Both the position numbers and the translations under genes were made by a program. A stretch of 64,000 nt of DNA from positions 1,364,001 to 1,428,000 of the forward strand of contig MU004183.1 of NCBI GenBank assembly GCA_010093605.1, given 5' to 3'. Origin of the DNA: Lophium mytilinum (Eukaryota). Shown one piece after another: positions 10,628-24,705 of this stretch (positions are counted from its first letter, which is position 1; every line of letters begins with the position of its first letter). The notes under the pieces were generated by a model. It did not search any database and was not told the origin of the DNA. It saw only the letters and a list, made by a program, of their open reading frames with translations.

Positions 10628-12504
10628 ATGTTGGGGTGGATTCGTCGGTGCTGGCAATCTGGGTCGAGGAGGAAGACACAGGCTACTCCTCCCGTCAGTG
10701 CGCGTGGTGGCATCAAGAGCAATGGAAGCATTAGCCGCAAGCTTACAATCGTTCAGAACTCGTCTTCGCTGGACAAAACCGATGATAATGCCAAACGTGA
10801 GCACCACGAAGACCCCTGGTGCGAAACAGAGCTCACAATGAAGCAGGTGATCCATACCAGTACACCGCTGGCCATTGGCTCAGCCGGGATGAAGTGCAAC
10901 ACCAGGCGCGTCTTATTAACTTCGACTTTCCGAAACTATGCGAGATGGCCGTAGCTTCATGTCCTGGTGCCAGCAAGGTAGTCCAGTGGGAAAAAGCGGA
11001 GGGCCTCTTCAACAGGGCCTTCATCATGCACCTCGACAACGACAAGAAAGTTGTCGCTCGTATACCTTTCCGCGTTGTCGGTCCAAAACGATTGACAACT
11101 AATTCAGAAGTTGCGACGATACGTTATAGTGAGTATCATGCTGCTGCTGTGTTAATCGTAGCTAACAACGCTTGTAGTTCAGGCTTCTACAAAGATCCCT
11201 ATCCCCAAGATCCTCGATTGGAGCGATGACGACAGCAATCCCACTGGCACTGAGTACATCATTATGGAACATGCCCCGGGCGTTCCATTGATCAAGAAAT
11301 GGCCATTCATGAGTCCTCACCAGCACGCGTCCTGCGTCAAAAACCTCGCACAGATGATAGTCGACATGGCGAGGCTGCAGTTCCCCTCATTCGGGAGCCT
11401 GTACTTCTCAGATGCTCCAATTGATCACCAGCATAGGATCAAGTTAAGAGATGGCTTCTGTATAGGCCCCCACTGCGGTCGGAGCTATTGGGATTGCAAT
11501 GTTGGAGAAGAGAGGTTCTATGAGGAGAGGCCTGCCAATCGAGGGCCATGTAAGTACCACGCAGCAACGCGCTTGGAAATACTGACGTTCTCGCAGGGGC
11601 TGATCTGGACGCTTTTTCCACTGGTCTGATCGATGCAGGGTTTTCCCGAATTCCAAAAGCTGATCCAAACGGAGCCGCCCTTCCGTATCGCGGCTCCGTG
11701 CAAGAGCATCTGCGCCTACTGGGCCTCAGTGAAGAGGTTCTAAAGGTACTGATTAAAACAACAACCATTCAAGATGTAGCGGCACCAACCCTGATCCATC
11801 CAGACTTCCACAGCAGGAACGTGTTTGTTTCAGATGAAGACCCGACCTCGATCACCGCCATCATCGACTGGCAATCCGCGAGCATCGAACCCAATTTCGT
11901 CTACGCCGACCAGAGACCGGATTTTGCTTATCGCCCAGCTGCTCTCTTGAAAAAAGACGATACATTTCAGGGCGTTGAAGAAGATATCCTCGAGAACACC
12001 GCAGACGAGGTCGCCCGAGAAATGGTCGAGAAGGACGTCTCGAGATGCATTAAGATCTTCGAGGTGATGTTGGTCAAAGTCCCGAAAGTCCATGCGTCGC
12101 GCGTGATGGATGAGGCCCTTCTCCGGGTCTTTCGATACTGCGACGGGGGATGGGTGTATAGCGCAGCGGCTTTGCGACAGGAACTCATCGAGCTCTCCAA
12201 GCGCTGGAAAGAGCTCGGGCTACCGAACGAGTGTCCGTATCAGCCTACTCCCGAGGAGCTCGCTGAGCATGAGAAGGAGTATGAGGATTTTGAATCGCGG
12301 CAAAGCCTCGTAACGGCGTGTGAGAGTTATTTGGCGGCGACCCATGATGGCTGGGTTTCTGCTCAGGATTGGGAGATGGCGGAAGGTAGGCACAAGGAGA
12401 TGTATGAGATGTGGATTGAGGGGAGTAAGGGGAATGCTGAGGACGAGGAGAAAGCCAGATTGCTGTGGCCGTTCCCTCCTGATGCTGAGCGGAACGGAAG
12501 TTAA
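10628..12504 (+). CDS. Second APH/Aim9-like phosphotransferase
   Basis: Introns 10797-10846, 11129-11177 and 11550-11596 join YTAGHWL, EGLFNRAF, VVARIP, NSEVAT, GTEYIIME, NRGPW and LIHPDFHSRNVFV..IIDWQ in one frame. Confidence 0.88.
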
Positions 12505-12670
12505 CAGTGTTGCACTAATACCTCTTATGATTGTTGGGAACAATCCTATATAACTTATCAGTAGGACGTAAGACAAAGCCCACTCAGCAAAACTAGACAC
12601 CTCTACTGTAAATGTTTCGCAGGCTAGGAAACTATACTTCTACACACAAGACTCATCAGGTTGTCCGTAT

Positions 12671-13944
12671 CTACAATTTACTCTGCGCCCCCTTCCCACT
12701 CACATTCCTCACAATCGCCCTCCCATTACTCAAACACACCTTCCCGCCCTCCACCCGCGTCACAAACCGAACCTCCTTCCACCCCCTCTCCCCCTCGCCC
12801 TCACCCACCACATTGCTCTCCCCAACCGCATCCCCAATCACCCACATCTCCACCACCAGCTTATCCCCCGGCTTAACAGGGCTCGCGAAGCGCGCCTGGA
12901 ACTCGCGGATATTCGCCGGGTCGCTGCCGCCGAAGGCCTGCAGCACGGCGTGGGCGGTGACGTTCCAGGAGAAGAGGCCGTGGATGATTGGGCCGCCGAA
13001 GCCCATTTTGCGGCCGGGTTCCGGGGTCGCGTGGAGCGGGTTGTAGTCGCCGTTGAGGCGGTAGAGGAGGGCGGTTTCTTGCGTGGTTTGCGTGATGGAG
13101 GTGGCGTCGGGTTTCTTGCCCGCGGGGGGAGGGTAGCTGACGGTTTTGGGGCCTGGAGGGGGATGATCGGGTTAGCAGGATGTTTCTTGATGGATATAGG
13201 AGAGGCGTTGAGCTTTCCCCAGTCTTCTTTCTGGCGTTTTCTCCGTCTTTGTCTCGTTCTCTTTGTCTTTTCTCGATTTGGAATGGAGGAGGATATATTC
13301 TAATGAATAGGAGATGCCAAAACTCACCCTTCGGCCCACCCCACCCCCCTGCGCCCACGTAAAACCCGCTCCCCACGGCTCTTGAATACACCTCCCCGCT
13401 GTTTTTCTCTACAAGCAGCTGCTCCGTCTCCACTACCGTCCCCGGCTTGCCCTTGTCATATACACCTAGCACTTTACTCCGGATCTCGAACGTCTTCCCC
13501 TCGGAGCTCGCCGGCAGCGGCTTCAGGAACTGCATCTTGCGCTCGCCGTCGAGCACGTTGCGCGTGTCCAGCTTCGGGACGCCGGCGATGGGGACGGCGT
13601 TAGAGCGGGCGTAGAAGTCGATGACGTCGGCGTCGGTGTGCTTAAAGGGGAGGAGGATGGGGTAGGTTGGGAAGGGGGCGAAGGAGGGGTGGAGTTCCTG
13701 GGATGGATGTCAGTTAAGGGGGTTTTTGATTGCTGGTGCAAGACTTTGGGGTTTGGAGTAGAGAATGGAAGTGTTGGGATAAGAAAGATTGGGGAGGCTG
13801 AAGTAATAGCATGGACAAACGTACATATAGGAAGTGTAGTTCGTCGGCTGTACACCCAATGCTCGCTGCGAAAAGCAGCACGTCGCGCTTCAGCCATGTC
13901 ACCTCGAAGGTTGGGTACTCGAAACCGACGCCTGGACCGCTCAT
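12671..13944 (-). CDS. Peroxisomal MaoC-like dehydratase (enoyl-CoA hydratase 2)
   Basis: WLKRDVLLFA, ELHFLY, YDKGKPGTVVE and hydratase-2 motif (LYRLNGDYNPLH..GFGGPIIHGL). Two introns. C-terminal PTS1 SKL. Confidence 0.9.
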
Positions 13945-15376
13945 TTTTGCGACGAAGACACAATAAGACAAATCAAAGGGCTGAGCGTTGTAGATTTACA
14001 GTATACGAACTTCAAGAAGCGTGAGTAAAGGAGTAAATGTAGAGAGATTGAAGAAAGAAGCACGAATTGCGGGGAAACATGATCCGGGGGTGGGCTTGAA
14101 CGTAAGCTCTCAATCTTCGCCGAGGGATGCCTGTTGCCGAGGTCGCATCGTCGACGTCGTGATGGAGACCGCTGAGGACCGGCTGTTGTGTTAATGGGCC
14201 TAGGTAGAATATCAATTGCGTGCTTCGATTTCAGAGCTACTAAATGAGTATAGGGAGCAGCTGTAGTCGATCGAAAATGAGGAGCTGCCCAAGCTGTAGC
14301 TAGACACGTGCTGGAGTACAAGCTCAAGAGATCGGCTGTTCCGGATATGGAAATCCCGACTTCTTCTCCGCATCTTCGTATGATCTTGATGTCGAGACAT
14401 CACCCCATGGGTTGGATTTGAGAATACGATGGCATGAATCCGGTCACAGTCACAACTCTGACGCATATCAATCGTCATGATTGAATTCATTGTTGCACAA
14501 CTCCCCAAGTAATGGAGACGAACGTTCGTAAACTGGTGACCTGCAGCAACAAGCAAGACGCAGCAAAATATGGCGTTTCAAGACCGTATATACAGAGTCT
14601 CCTCCGCTAATTGAGGCCCCCACTATCCCCACCCCATTCGAAACTCCATTCAATTAAACGTAACGACATTCGTTCGGTTCGTTTCGTGATGTGTATATAG
14701 TAAATGCCAATGCAAGCCACCAGACCAAAAGAAAAGAGGGAAAAAGCAAGGCGCACCATGTTGGTTGGGAGCAAAAAGGAAATTGTCATGCATCCGACGA
14801 CCCGTCCACGCAATGCAAGTGCAAGCAAAGCAAGAAAGAGAGAAAGAAAGTGAAACCCAAGAACGCCATCACCACGGACCAGCGTACGATGACGTAGTCA
14901 ACCTTCACCGGAAACCCAAACTGGAAGTGTGCTGACTGATTCGTTTGTGCTCGCAGAAAACGATCTGAACAGCGAGTGGATGCTCGTGGATGCTCGTGGA
15001 TGCTCTCGTAATGCAACAGCGGAAGCCGTTCGACCACTTGGCAACAAACCGGGGGTCAAAATTTACACCCTTTTCGGTTCCGCAACATGGGGCTATCCGG
15101 TGTAGTAGCTTCGAAAGTAGATTGGAAGCTTTCCTATCATTATCGCCGCTCCCATTTCCTAGTTCCGAGAATGCTTCAATAGCTATGACCATGGGGTATC
15201 CAGGGAGAAAATTCAAACTTAATGAAAGCCCCTCGGTGTTGAGGAACGAATTTATTCGCGCCATCAAAACGAGTCAAATTCCCGGAAAACTTTTGTAGGC
15301 GTGATAACGCCGCTATTACGACGGAGGAAGCGAATGAAGCGCGTAAATAGCCACACAGAATACAAGTATGTACTCA

Positions 15377-18300
15377 TTAGACATCGAAATTTCCGTGATT
15401 GAAAATGGTTTCGTCATGATCGCTGCTTGGAATGATGCCGCTCATCCGGTCCCCTTTGCTGAACGACTTCTCCCAGTCAGCGTCCTCGTCATTTTCGTCT
15501 TCGTCCATGCGTTCGAGCTCGTGATCGCGGCTGCGGAACTGCTGATCCATAGTACTTTCATCGACAAATGTAAAGCCGGCAAAGTTGGCTTGCATTGTTG
15601 GCGAAAGAGGAGTGGAAGCGGGGTTGATTCCGGAGGCAAGTGCCGCAGCGCGGGCGTTTAGAGAGCCATTGCCGTTCAGAGCATTAGTAAACTCGGGGTC
15701 GAAGTTGGATACGTCAAGTTCCGATTTGAGTTTCGGCTTGAACGGGGGAACTACGTTCTTCTTGGTAAGCGCATCCCAGTCGATGTCGGCGAAAAACGGA
15801 TGCGCTTTGAGTTCCTCCGCATCACGAGTTGCGCCCAGCCGATGCTTCGGGTTGCGGTTGAGAAGACCCTTGACGAAGTTCCTGCCCTCGGTGCTGAGTG
15901 CGTCTCTTGGGAATCTAACTTTGCCAAAGGCGATGTTCTTGTACATCTGTTGCGTGTCTTCGGCGTAGAATGGGCTCCAGCCGCAGCACATCTCAAACAC
16001 CAACACGCCGAGAGACCAGAAATCGACCATTTTTGTGTATCCATGCTCATCGAGCAAGACCTCTGGGGCGAGGTATTCCGTAGTGCCACAGAAAGTGTTG
16101 GTAGTCGCATTTTCGCCGAGATTTGCTTTTGAGAGACCAAAGTCGCAGAGAGCGATATGGCCCTTGGCGTCTAATAGGATGTTCTCCGGTTTGAGATCGC
16201 GGTAAACGATGTTGTGATTGTGGAGATGCTGGAGAGCTAGAATGAGTTCTGCGATATAAAACTTGGCGCGCGCCTCGTGGAAACGTCCCTCTTTCTGGAG
16301 ATGCCAGAAGAGCTCGCCGCCTGACATGTAATCCGTCACAAGGTACAGATCCGTAGGTGTTTGGAAAGAGAACTTCAATCCTACGATGAACGGTGACTCG
16401 GTCATGGCGGTTCGGACCAGAATATTTCGTTCACCCAGAGTATGTGCGACCTCCTTCTTCTGCACGATGACCTTCTTGGAGAGAACCTTCATGGCATATA
16501 TGCGTCGTGTGTCCCGCTTTCGTACTTGGAAAACTTGGCCGAAAGTGCCCTTGCCGATCAGTTTGAGGATTTCGAAATCTTCTGGTCCGTAGTGCTTCTT
16601 GTCGGTCTTGTGGAAGTTGATTCGAAGGTGAATCTCGCCCGAGACATAGTCTTCTTCGCCTTCTCGTGGCTCAAGTGTGAACCATCCGTCGTACGGGTGC
16701 TCGTACTCCACTAGGTTTGGGCAGAACCTAATGTGACCAAGGAAAGCTTCTCCGTTACTGCGGTCGTAGACAGATATGTCAATCTCAGAGTGATCACCAA
16801 CAACATCGCTGTTATAATTAGTATCCGTTAGCTGAATGTTCCAAGGCGAACTTACAATATTGTGTCATGCTCCCACTTTGGATCAGTGGTCTCCTGAAGC
16901 CCGCCGTTTTCCTTTGGATCGGAGCTGGTTCCGCTATTGCTGCTCTGCCTGCTCCTCATAGGTATCGCCATGGGCCTACCCATGTCACTGTCGGTACGCT
17001 TAATGGCAACTCCACCTAGTGTATTATTCTTCTTGGATGGCCCATCTCTCCGCGGACCCTCCGATATATACTCGGCCCACTGGAACTGACACACGACATA
17101 AGGATCCACGCTAGGTCGCAAGCCTCGCCCTTCAGAAATCGAGACGGAAAGCTTTCCTTTTGGCGGCCCGACAGCTGCAGCGTTCCGTTCCTTCGGTTTG
17201 GCCTTGGCCTTGGCTGCCGATTGCGGAGGTTGGGACAGGCTTGAAGGAGTAGAGACCTTTCCTTCTTGCGAACGTGTTCTCGGGGTTTGTGGAGGGGTAG
17301 CCTGATTGCGCCGCGGCGAATCCTCGCCATCAGTTAGCTTCGTGACTCTTCCATTCGGCTTTGAAACCGACGAACGCCGTGAAGCGGGACGCGATGCAGA
17401 AAGTGAAGCAACGATGGGGCTGGAGGGGGTGGTCGAGGGCAAGCAGCAGGCAGGGTTCGAAATGTGTGCAGTAGGAAGAGGCAGTGTCGTGACGATGGTT
17501 GAGAGGGGGCTGGCAACTGCAAAGGTATGTCTGCGGGATCTGGGGAGGGGGGAGTCTGTGCCAGTCGAGCTCTGTGTCGAAGACACAACAGCAGGAGAGG
17601 CAGCGACAGAGGAGAGAGGGTGCTCGTCTTTGCTGCCTTTGCGCATTGAAGACGAAGAGGAGGTCGGAGGGGTCGGGTAGGAGAAGGAGATGTGGTGGCT
17701 GGAGGGCTGCTGCGGGAGGGCGTTGTCCAAGCGCTCGTGAGGAAGCAGTGGCGGAGATTCGTCATCGCCGCTCAGAGCTCCCGACGGCGAACATGGCGCC
17801 GTCGGCAGGGCATTACTCCCTCCAGTACGGTCCTCCTGATGCTCCTGCCGGGTGGCACCAGCTTGTGCTCCCTCTGGACGGGGGGTGGGCAGTGCGGGGG
17901 AGGGGCTGTCGACAGATTGCACACGGGGACGTAGAGAATCACGAACCTGACCAAAGTAACTGTGAAGTATGCCTGGCAGTCGTTTGTCGGTCAAGTCCGG
18001 GCGCGGTGTAGCTGCACCAGGGGGTGTTGAGCCGTTGGAGCCGATCTGGTCGTTCGGTTCATCGTCGTTCGCTCTACGCGGGGCCAGGAAGTTAGCAAAA
18101 ACCATGTCGAGGAAGAGCGCGAGAGGAGAGGCGCATGAGGCTGCGGGCGAGGGAGAGGCGGCCAGGGCATCTATTTCAAGCCGTGTGTAACGGTAGAATC
18201 GGATGACCCTCGTAAGTGCAGACTGCGATTGAGATTTCGGCGAGTCGGCCACAAGCGAACATGGTGGGCAGTCTCTGCAGCTGGATCCCCTCTCACCTCT

Positions 18301-18408
18301 CTCCGCGCCTTGCAGCCGGAAGGGAGCATAGGAAAAGAAGACGCAGGCTTACCGGGAGGACAGGTGCTGGCGCAGCAGGTCGCTGGGAGGCCCGCCGTGA
18401 GCCGTCAT
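15377..18408 (-). CDS. SCH9: AGC kinase Sch9/SchA with C2 domain
   Basis: C2 domain (GKLSVSISEGRGLR..DPYVVC), kinase GKGTFG/YRDLKPEN/DFG/TFCGTTEY, and hydrophobic motif FAGFTFV. Introns 18352-18074 and 16855-16809. Confidence 0.93.
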
Positions 18409-19948
18409 GGCGAAGGAGGCACCAAGCCAGTACGTGGGCAGCAGGCGAGGAGCTGCAGCGGCGGCAAAGTGCGCGGAATTGGTCGACGAGACGCAGGTGT
18501 TGGTGGTCGTGGTGCTGCGCAGGCGGATGAGCGAGGGCCGTCCGTCGCGCGCAAGAGTGAAGCTGGGGCGCGCGCGGTGGGTGGAGTCGAGGGTCGAGGT
18601 CGAGGTGTTGGTGGAGGAAATGGCGGGCATAGAGCCTGGTGGTATCGTCATGCTCGCTCAGGGCTCGGCTTGCCAGGCTTGCCTCCCCAAGGGCCGATTA
18701 TGCTGCCGACTATGCTCAACGCTGGCCGCTCGATTGGCTGCGGGCTGCGCGCAGTTAGTGCAGAGTTTGATGCGCCCGCAGAGGATTCAGTCCGGGCTCC
18801 TGGGCGACACAATCGGCTACCGCGATGCTTGAAACTGCCCGTTCTTCGGCGCCAGGGTGAGGTTGCAGGCAAACACCGGGGCGGAGGGCGCGTTCCCAGC
18901 TGGAGACAGCACCGTCGTGAGTCGTGAAATCAGGTAGGGCTGGGAGAGTGAGGCAGCAGACGTGCAGCAGGCGAGGCAAACTGACTGACAAGACGCAACT
19001 GAGGTCCGCCGGGTCTACGAAGGTATCATCTGCTCGCCGGCTTCACCGCTTCGCAACCGCTCGCTGCCTGACCATGATCTCCCGCTCAATTCCCGTCGAT
19101 GCCCTCCCTCTCACCCGTGGTCCAGCCTTGCTGCTGCGCTCTACGCGGCTGTCACGAGTGAGGCCCAGCCGTCTGCCCCAGGCTGTTCCCTTGGGCCGCC
19201 GCGGAGGTGTTTTAAGGGTCCTAGGCTGTTTCCCGCCGCCCTTATACCTTGATATTGGTGTGATCCCAACTCCATCACCATGCCGCCATTTAGAGAGCCG
19301 GTTCGGCAGCCGTCATGCTGCGAGTGCTCCGGCCGTCATCGGCCAACTCGCTCTGCTGATCCGTGATGCAGAGCTGAGTGAGCCTTGGTCGCACAGAGCG
19401 GTATATAGGGCGCTCTGGGTGAATGCTCTGGCCAACGGGGCACTCGCGACCGTCACGGCGGTGCATCGAGATCGATCCAGGCTGCTGGGAGGGCATGAAG
19501 ACGACATGGCTAGGCCCCAAACGAGGCAGAGCATCGCCAGACCAATCTGCATTCCGCCGCTTCGAGGCTGACAGCTGACAAGCAGTGCAACATCAAGAGT
19601 GCCGTCGATTCTATTCCTGCTCCGTGCCAATAGTGAATACACATCGGAGTCGTGTGCTCAACACTTGCCTGCCTGGGTAAGCCGTACTCTGCTGACATGT
19701 GACAGATGCACAGTACTGTGTATAGTGCGCCACGTGACAGCGACTGCTCCGTATCGACTCATTCCTTCTGCATTCGGCCTAGCTATCTACGAAGCTGCCT
19801 TTTTAGCCAGGCCCGGATGACTAAGCAAGGCGCCGCCTAAACCGCGGCTACATCGCTCCAACTTCACCTCTGTGCCCTGCGCGTTCTTGAGCTCAACCGC
19901 GTGTGTCAAAAGATCAAACGAAACCCTCCATCATCCCCACCACGCACC

Positions 19949-21591
19949 ATGGCACCCCGCGGCCGCCCTCGCATCCGCCGCAGCACCCCCGTGCGCACCC
20001 CGACCCCCGCGCAACAGACCGACGATGAGGAGATGGCCGACGCCGCCGAATCGCGCGCCGAAACTCCTGCGCAACCAGACGAGGGCGACAACTCCGCACA
20101 GGACTCCGATGCAGCTCCCGCCGCGTCAGAACCCTCTTCACCTCCAGTTGTGCAACAATTCCCGCGCAAACGCCGCCTAGGCCGTCCGCCCAAGAACAAG
20201 CCCCCCGGATGGGATCTTGGCCTGGAAGATGCCAATGACCAAGGCTCCGAGGGCGGCACACCCCAGAAGCGGCGGCGTGGTCGCCCCTCCACCGGTGGAT
20301 TCAGAGGCAGGCCCAGAGGAGGCCCGTCGCACACTACGCGCGTGCCAATTGACAAGGAGGGAAATATGATGGACGTTGTCGACGATGAGGTTTCGCTACC
20401 TGAAGATGCTGAGGGAGAGGCCAAGGTCGACAAGATGGGAAACCTGCAAGGAGGCCGTGACTACCGCGTCCGAGTATTCACCATCACCGGCCGAGGGGAT
20501 CGTCTGTACATGCTGTCAACCGAACCAGCGCGATGTACCGGTTTCCGGGACAGCTATCTCTTCTTCACCAAACACATGCAGCTCTACAAGATTATAATAG
20601 ACGAGGCGGAGAAGCACGATCTGATAGCCCGCGAGATTATTCCACATTCTTACAAAGGTCGCGCCATTGGTGTTGTCACGGCTCGCTCCGTCTTTAGAGA
20701 GTTTGGCGCGCGCATCATCATTGGCGGCAAGAGAATCACAGACGACTACTATGTCACCGCTGCTCGGACCAGAGGGGATGTTGAGGGAGAGCTCGCAGAC
20801 CCAAACGATGTGCTGCCAGCCCCTGGTGAGCCTTACAACAAGAACCAATATGTTGCATGGCATGGCGCAAGTAGCGTTTACCACACCGGAGTCCCTAGTG
20901 TGCCCACAGCAATGGGGAAAGTCGTCCCTGGAAAGCGCAAGGTTAACATAACGTCGGCTAATTGGCAGTTCGAACATGCACGCTCTTCTAGGTAGGTAGT
21001 ATGCGATCGTTTGGCACCCTTGCATGCTAACATAACAACAGTCGCTTCAACTCTACACTCGCCGCCGCCAGACGCACAAACGTAGACGGTGTGTACGATG
21101 CTCACACGAATGCCATGTTCTATCCCGGCATCACACAACCAACTCATGCGAAATGGGAGGAGATCACAGCAACGCCATCAGCAGCATCTGAGCAGCATCT
21201 GAATGGCCATCTCACCAACGGAGTGGCAGAGCTCACAAACGGCGTTCACGAAGTCAGCCTGGAGAAGTCCCTCGAGACGAAGAGCGGTACCATTTTCACT
21301 TCTGTGCCACCTATTGTATCACGCAACTACCTAGTTGTAGATACATATCTTACTTCGGCTCCTGTGACCGGCTTGGGTATTCCTGGACCAGATGGCGCCT
21401 ACTACGACACCGGCGTCAATGGCTTGCCCGACGTCAGCGAAGATATGCTGGCCGAATTGCCCCCGGAATGCCGACAGGCCCTTGCGGTGGCGCATCGAAG
21501 CGAGAAGGAGTGGAAGAGCCAGTTCAATACTGAGGTACTCGATGGCCACAGGGCAAAGTTGAAGATTGGCTTTACTGGAGTTCCAGTTTGA
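19949..21591 (+). CDS. RSC7: Chromatin-remodelling complex subunit, Rsc7/Npl6-Swp82 family
   Basis: AT-hook-like RGRP repeats and GEAKVDKMGNLQGGRDYR..YMLSTEPARCTGFRDSYLFF..VTARSVFREFGA domain. Intron 20992-21041. Confidence 0.85.
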
Positions 21592-22390
21592 ACAGCATTT
21601 TCAAACATTCTTAATCACTATCAAATGCTTGCTACCCAAAGGAGTTTTCGGAAGCTTATCCCCCTTGGCGTTTATGGCTATGGATCAACGATTGCCGACC
21701 TCTTTAGATAGGTACCCGGACGGTGGCGATGCTTCAAAGATCGACATGTAACATCATGGAGGCAAGGTTTTGGCATCGAAATTACGCGCGATTCGAATTA
21801 TTCAGCTCATTCGGCAGCATTTCGATGATCAAGTCGGCTTCGAGTCTCAAATGAGATAATCAAAATTCGACACTGACCTCAAAGTTTGCAAGCGTGATCA
21901 TTCATTACTAGATAAGATAACAGCACAGTTAGAAGACATCTTGCTACCTTTGATATTGCCGAGACCGCTAGCTTCTTTGTTCCTTATTGGCGGGTAGCTT
22001 TGTAAAGGTACAGCCTACAAAGGGATTTTCTTTCTTTTATCCGATTCGCGAAGCCGTAAATTTCTGATGACATGCTTTGTGGCGTCTTCCACTACCCTTC
22101 TAGAAGTTTGCATGATGCCTCGTGGCTGGATTCCTCAAGTGCGGCTCATGGAGCACAAAGGAAACGTGCGGGTGGCTGGCGGCGCATCACGTTGTGTTGG
22201 CCACCAATCTTAGTTGATCGCTCACAGCTATGAACAAAGGAAAATATCCACTACGAGATTTGGCAATTGTCCAGGTCAGTTGTGAAGCAACCAGTAAAAC
22301 TACCCGGTATTCTGGGAAGGTTTCGCAACCGCTCCGACTCCTCCAATACGGTTGAAACTTCAAGTTACCGAAAACGACAACATCGTCAAC

Positions 22391-24614
22391 ATGTCCTTGA
22401 CGGGTAATGGCACTGACATATTTGCTCCTCCAAAGTGCCCTACTCCATTGCTAGAGGAATCTAAGTATTCAAACTCTTCGGGATGTGAGTTAAACCTCCT
22501 GAACGTTCACTCGGGAAGCAAAGTTAATACTGCATCAGATATTCCTGGTCGATACTGTGGAGTTGGGGCGAACGAAGATGGCACAGTGTGCTGCTTTCCC
22601 TGTCCTATTCAAGAATGGGTATACCCTGCAGGTAGGGTCTGTCCTGGCTATGGAATTTGACAGTGACTGACCGTGTTTACAGACTGGAAGACCCAGCTGA
22701 AGGTTCCAAATTACCTTAGCATTCTCTCTCTCCTTTTATGCCTCTTCCTGCTCCTGTCTTTCGCACTGTTACCACCAGAAAAGACCCAAAGACATTATCT
22801 CAGCGTCGGACTTCTGTTTCCGGTACTGTTCATATCTGTACGATGAATCATACCCCATGTAGGAAGTGAGCTATATTAACGTGTTGAACTAGCTATCCTT
22901 TGTGATTCCAGCTGGACACGATCCGCCTTTATGTTACGACGACATTACCCCCAACGACATGCACTCAAGTCTTTCTTGTGCCTGGACTGGAGCCTTTGTA
23001 GCCATTGGAGGTCTTGGATCGGTGGTATGGGGTGAATGCTATTCTAATACTTCGCAATCATCTGCACGATACTGACTTTCGGTCTAGTCTTCCTCCGCAG
23101 TCTCTGGCTGCACATCCGTATATTTTGGGACCGAGACCCCGGCCAGAAATTCAAATGGGGCTCTATTGCAGCCGGCACCGTCCTTCCCGCCATCTTCTTA
23201 ACTGCTCTCTTGGCCGCAACAGGCGTAAGCTATCGCATGGGTTTAACCTGCCTCCCCAACCACCCAAATGCTATCGCTAGCTTCTGGATCTGGCTCGTAG
23301 GCTTCGCTATAGCAGGCTTCATCCTGCAGGCCCTCACTACGGGCTATTGCATCTGGGTCTTCGTTCGAGCTAGGAAGCGTGAGCGCGAGAGAATCTCCCA
23401 AGGCTCTCTGGGCCGCAACAGCGCGAACGAGAAGGTGGAGACATGGCGACATGTTAAGAGACTGTTCTTGCTGCAGTGGCGCAACATCCTCGTCAGCGTC
23501 TTCGTCATCATCGGCTCTATCTCTTTCTTCATCGTTTTCTGGAGCCAGGACAGGAAGCTTGGGGCAGTGTTCAACGACCCGAAAAACATCATGCCTGTCA
23601 GGATCTGGATCACCTGCCTGATACTGAGCGAAGGAGACAAAGAGCAATGTCTTGAATATGTGCATGGCTTTACAGTCAATCGACAAACGGTGCTTGCGTC
23701 TTTGATCTTAGCTTCCGTAAGTACAAAAAAGCCTTCCGCCTCCTCCCTACTCATCTCTACACGTCTCGCAAAAGAAACCCAAAGTAACCCTAACCTAGCT
23801 CGTCGGCATCGAAATCTTCATCCTCCTCGCCCGCGTCTCCATGTTCAGCGCCTGGCGCGACCTCCTCGCGCGCCCCTTCCCCTCCCTCCGCCGCCGCCCC
23901 GGCTCCCCCCTCCTCACCTCCCTCGAAGGCCAACCGCACACGTCCCAGCCCCTGAAAGCCTCCCCCCTGGCCTCCACCTTCCTGGACTCCGACTCCTCCC
24001 CAGCTCGCGCCTCCACACCCATCAACCGCACCGACTCCAATAAATCCCGCTTCCACCTCGGAATCCTCAGACCCAACCGCCACCGCAAGACGCCGGATGT
24101 TCGAGCCCACGCGCCGCCAGAGATCCTACCAAGCCCCCCCACGACTCCCTCCGCGCCTCCCACGAGCCCCAGCTATATCCCCACGCGCCCGCCGAACCCC
24201 CCGCCGCCTCCAGGGTCAGCGTACACGACGCACAACCGCGTAGCTACGCCTGTCGACCGCGCCATCACCGCTTCGCCGTCGTCGGCGTACTCGAACCTTC
24301 CGAACCAACCGGTGGCGGCAAGAGATGGGGGGTTGCAGATCTCGGCGCCGGTGCCGGGGAGTTTCGCGCATGTAGCGACGGGGTTCCCGCCGCAGAGAAT
24401 TGAGGCGGTGGAGTGCGTGACGCCGCCGAGTCCGACGCGGTTGGGGAGGGGGAGGAGTGTGAGGAATGCGGGGGATTTGCCGGGGTGGGCGAGGGAGAGG
24501 GAGGAGAGGAGGGTTAGGGAGGGGAGGGAGAGTAGGGTGGAGGTAGATGGGGAGGGGGAAGGAGGAGGGAGGATTGTGGGGAGGGGTGGGTTGGGGATGA
24601 ATCCGCTGTGGTAG
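22391..24614 (+). CDS. Fungal 7-TM GPCR-like receptor (GprM-type, family-2/Frizzled-like) with Pro-rich tail
   Basis: Five introns (22485-22538, 22632-22682, 22838-22892, 23032-23087, 23717-23798) give a Cys-rich N-terminus (GRYC..CCFPCP), KTQRHYLS, CYDDITPNDMHSSLSCAWTG, about seven hydrophobic segments and LQWR. Confidence 0.8.
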
Positions 24615-24705
24615 ATGAGTAGGGTAGGGATGCTTTTCTTGTATGCTGGTGGTTTCCTAGGCGGAAGACCCGTTGGACTCTTACTTGCACGCGGAGGTCT
24701 GTTTT

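Noticed and set aside
14976..15005. (GTGGATGCTC)3 downstream of SCH9
   Set aside because: Real but a trivial slippage repeat with no evidence of function.
23785..23795. TAACCCTAACC as telomeric repeat or telomerase RNA template
   Set aside because: It overlaps the branch-point region of the last GPCR intron and is under two repeat units.
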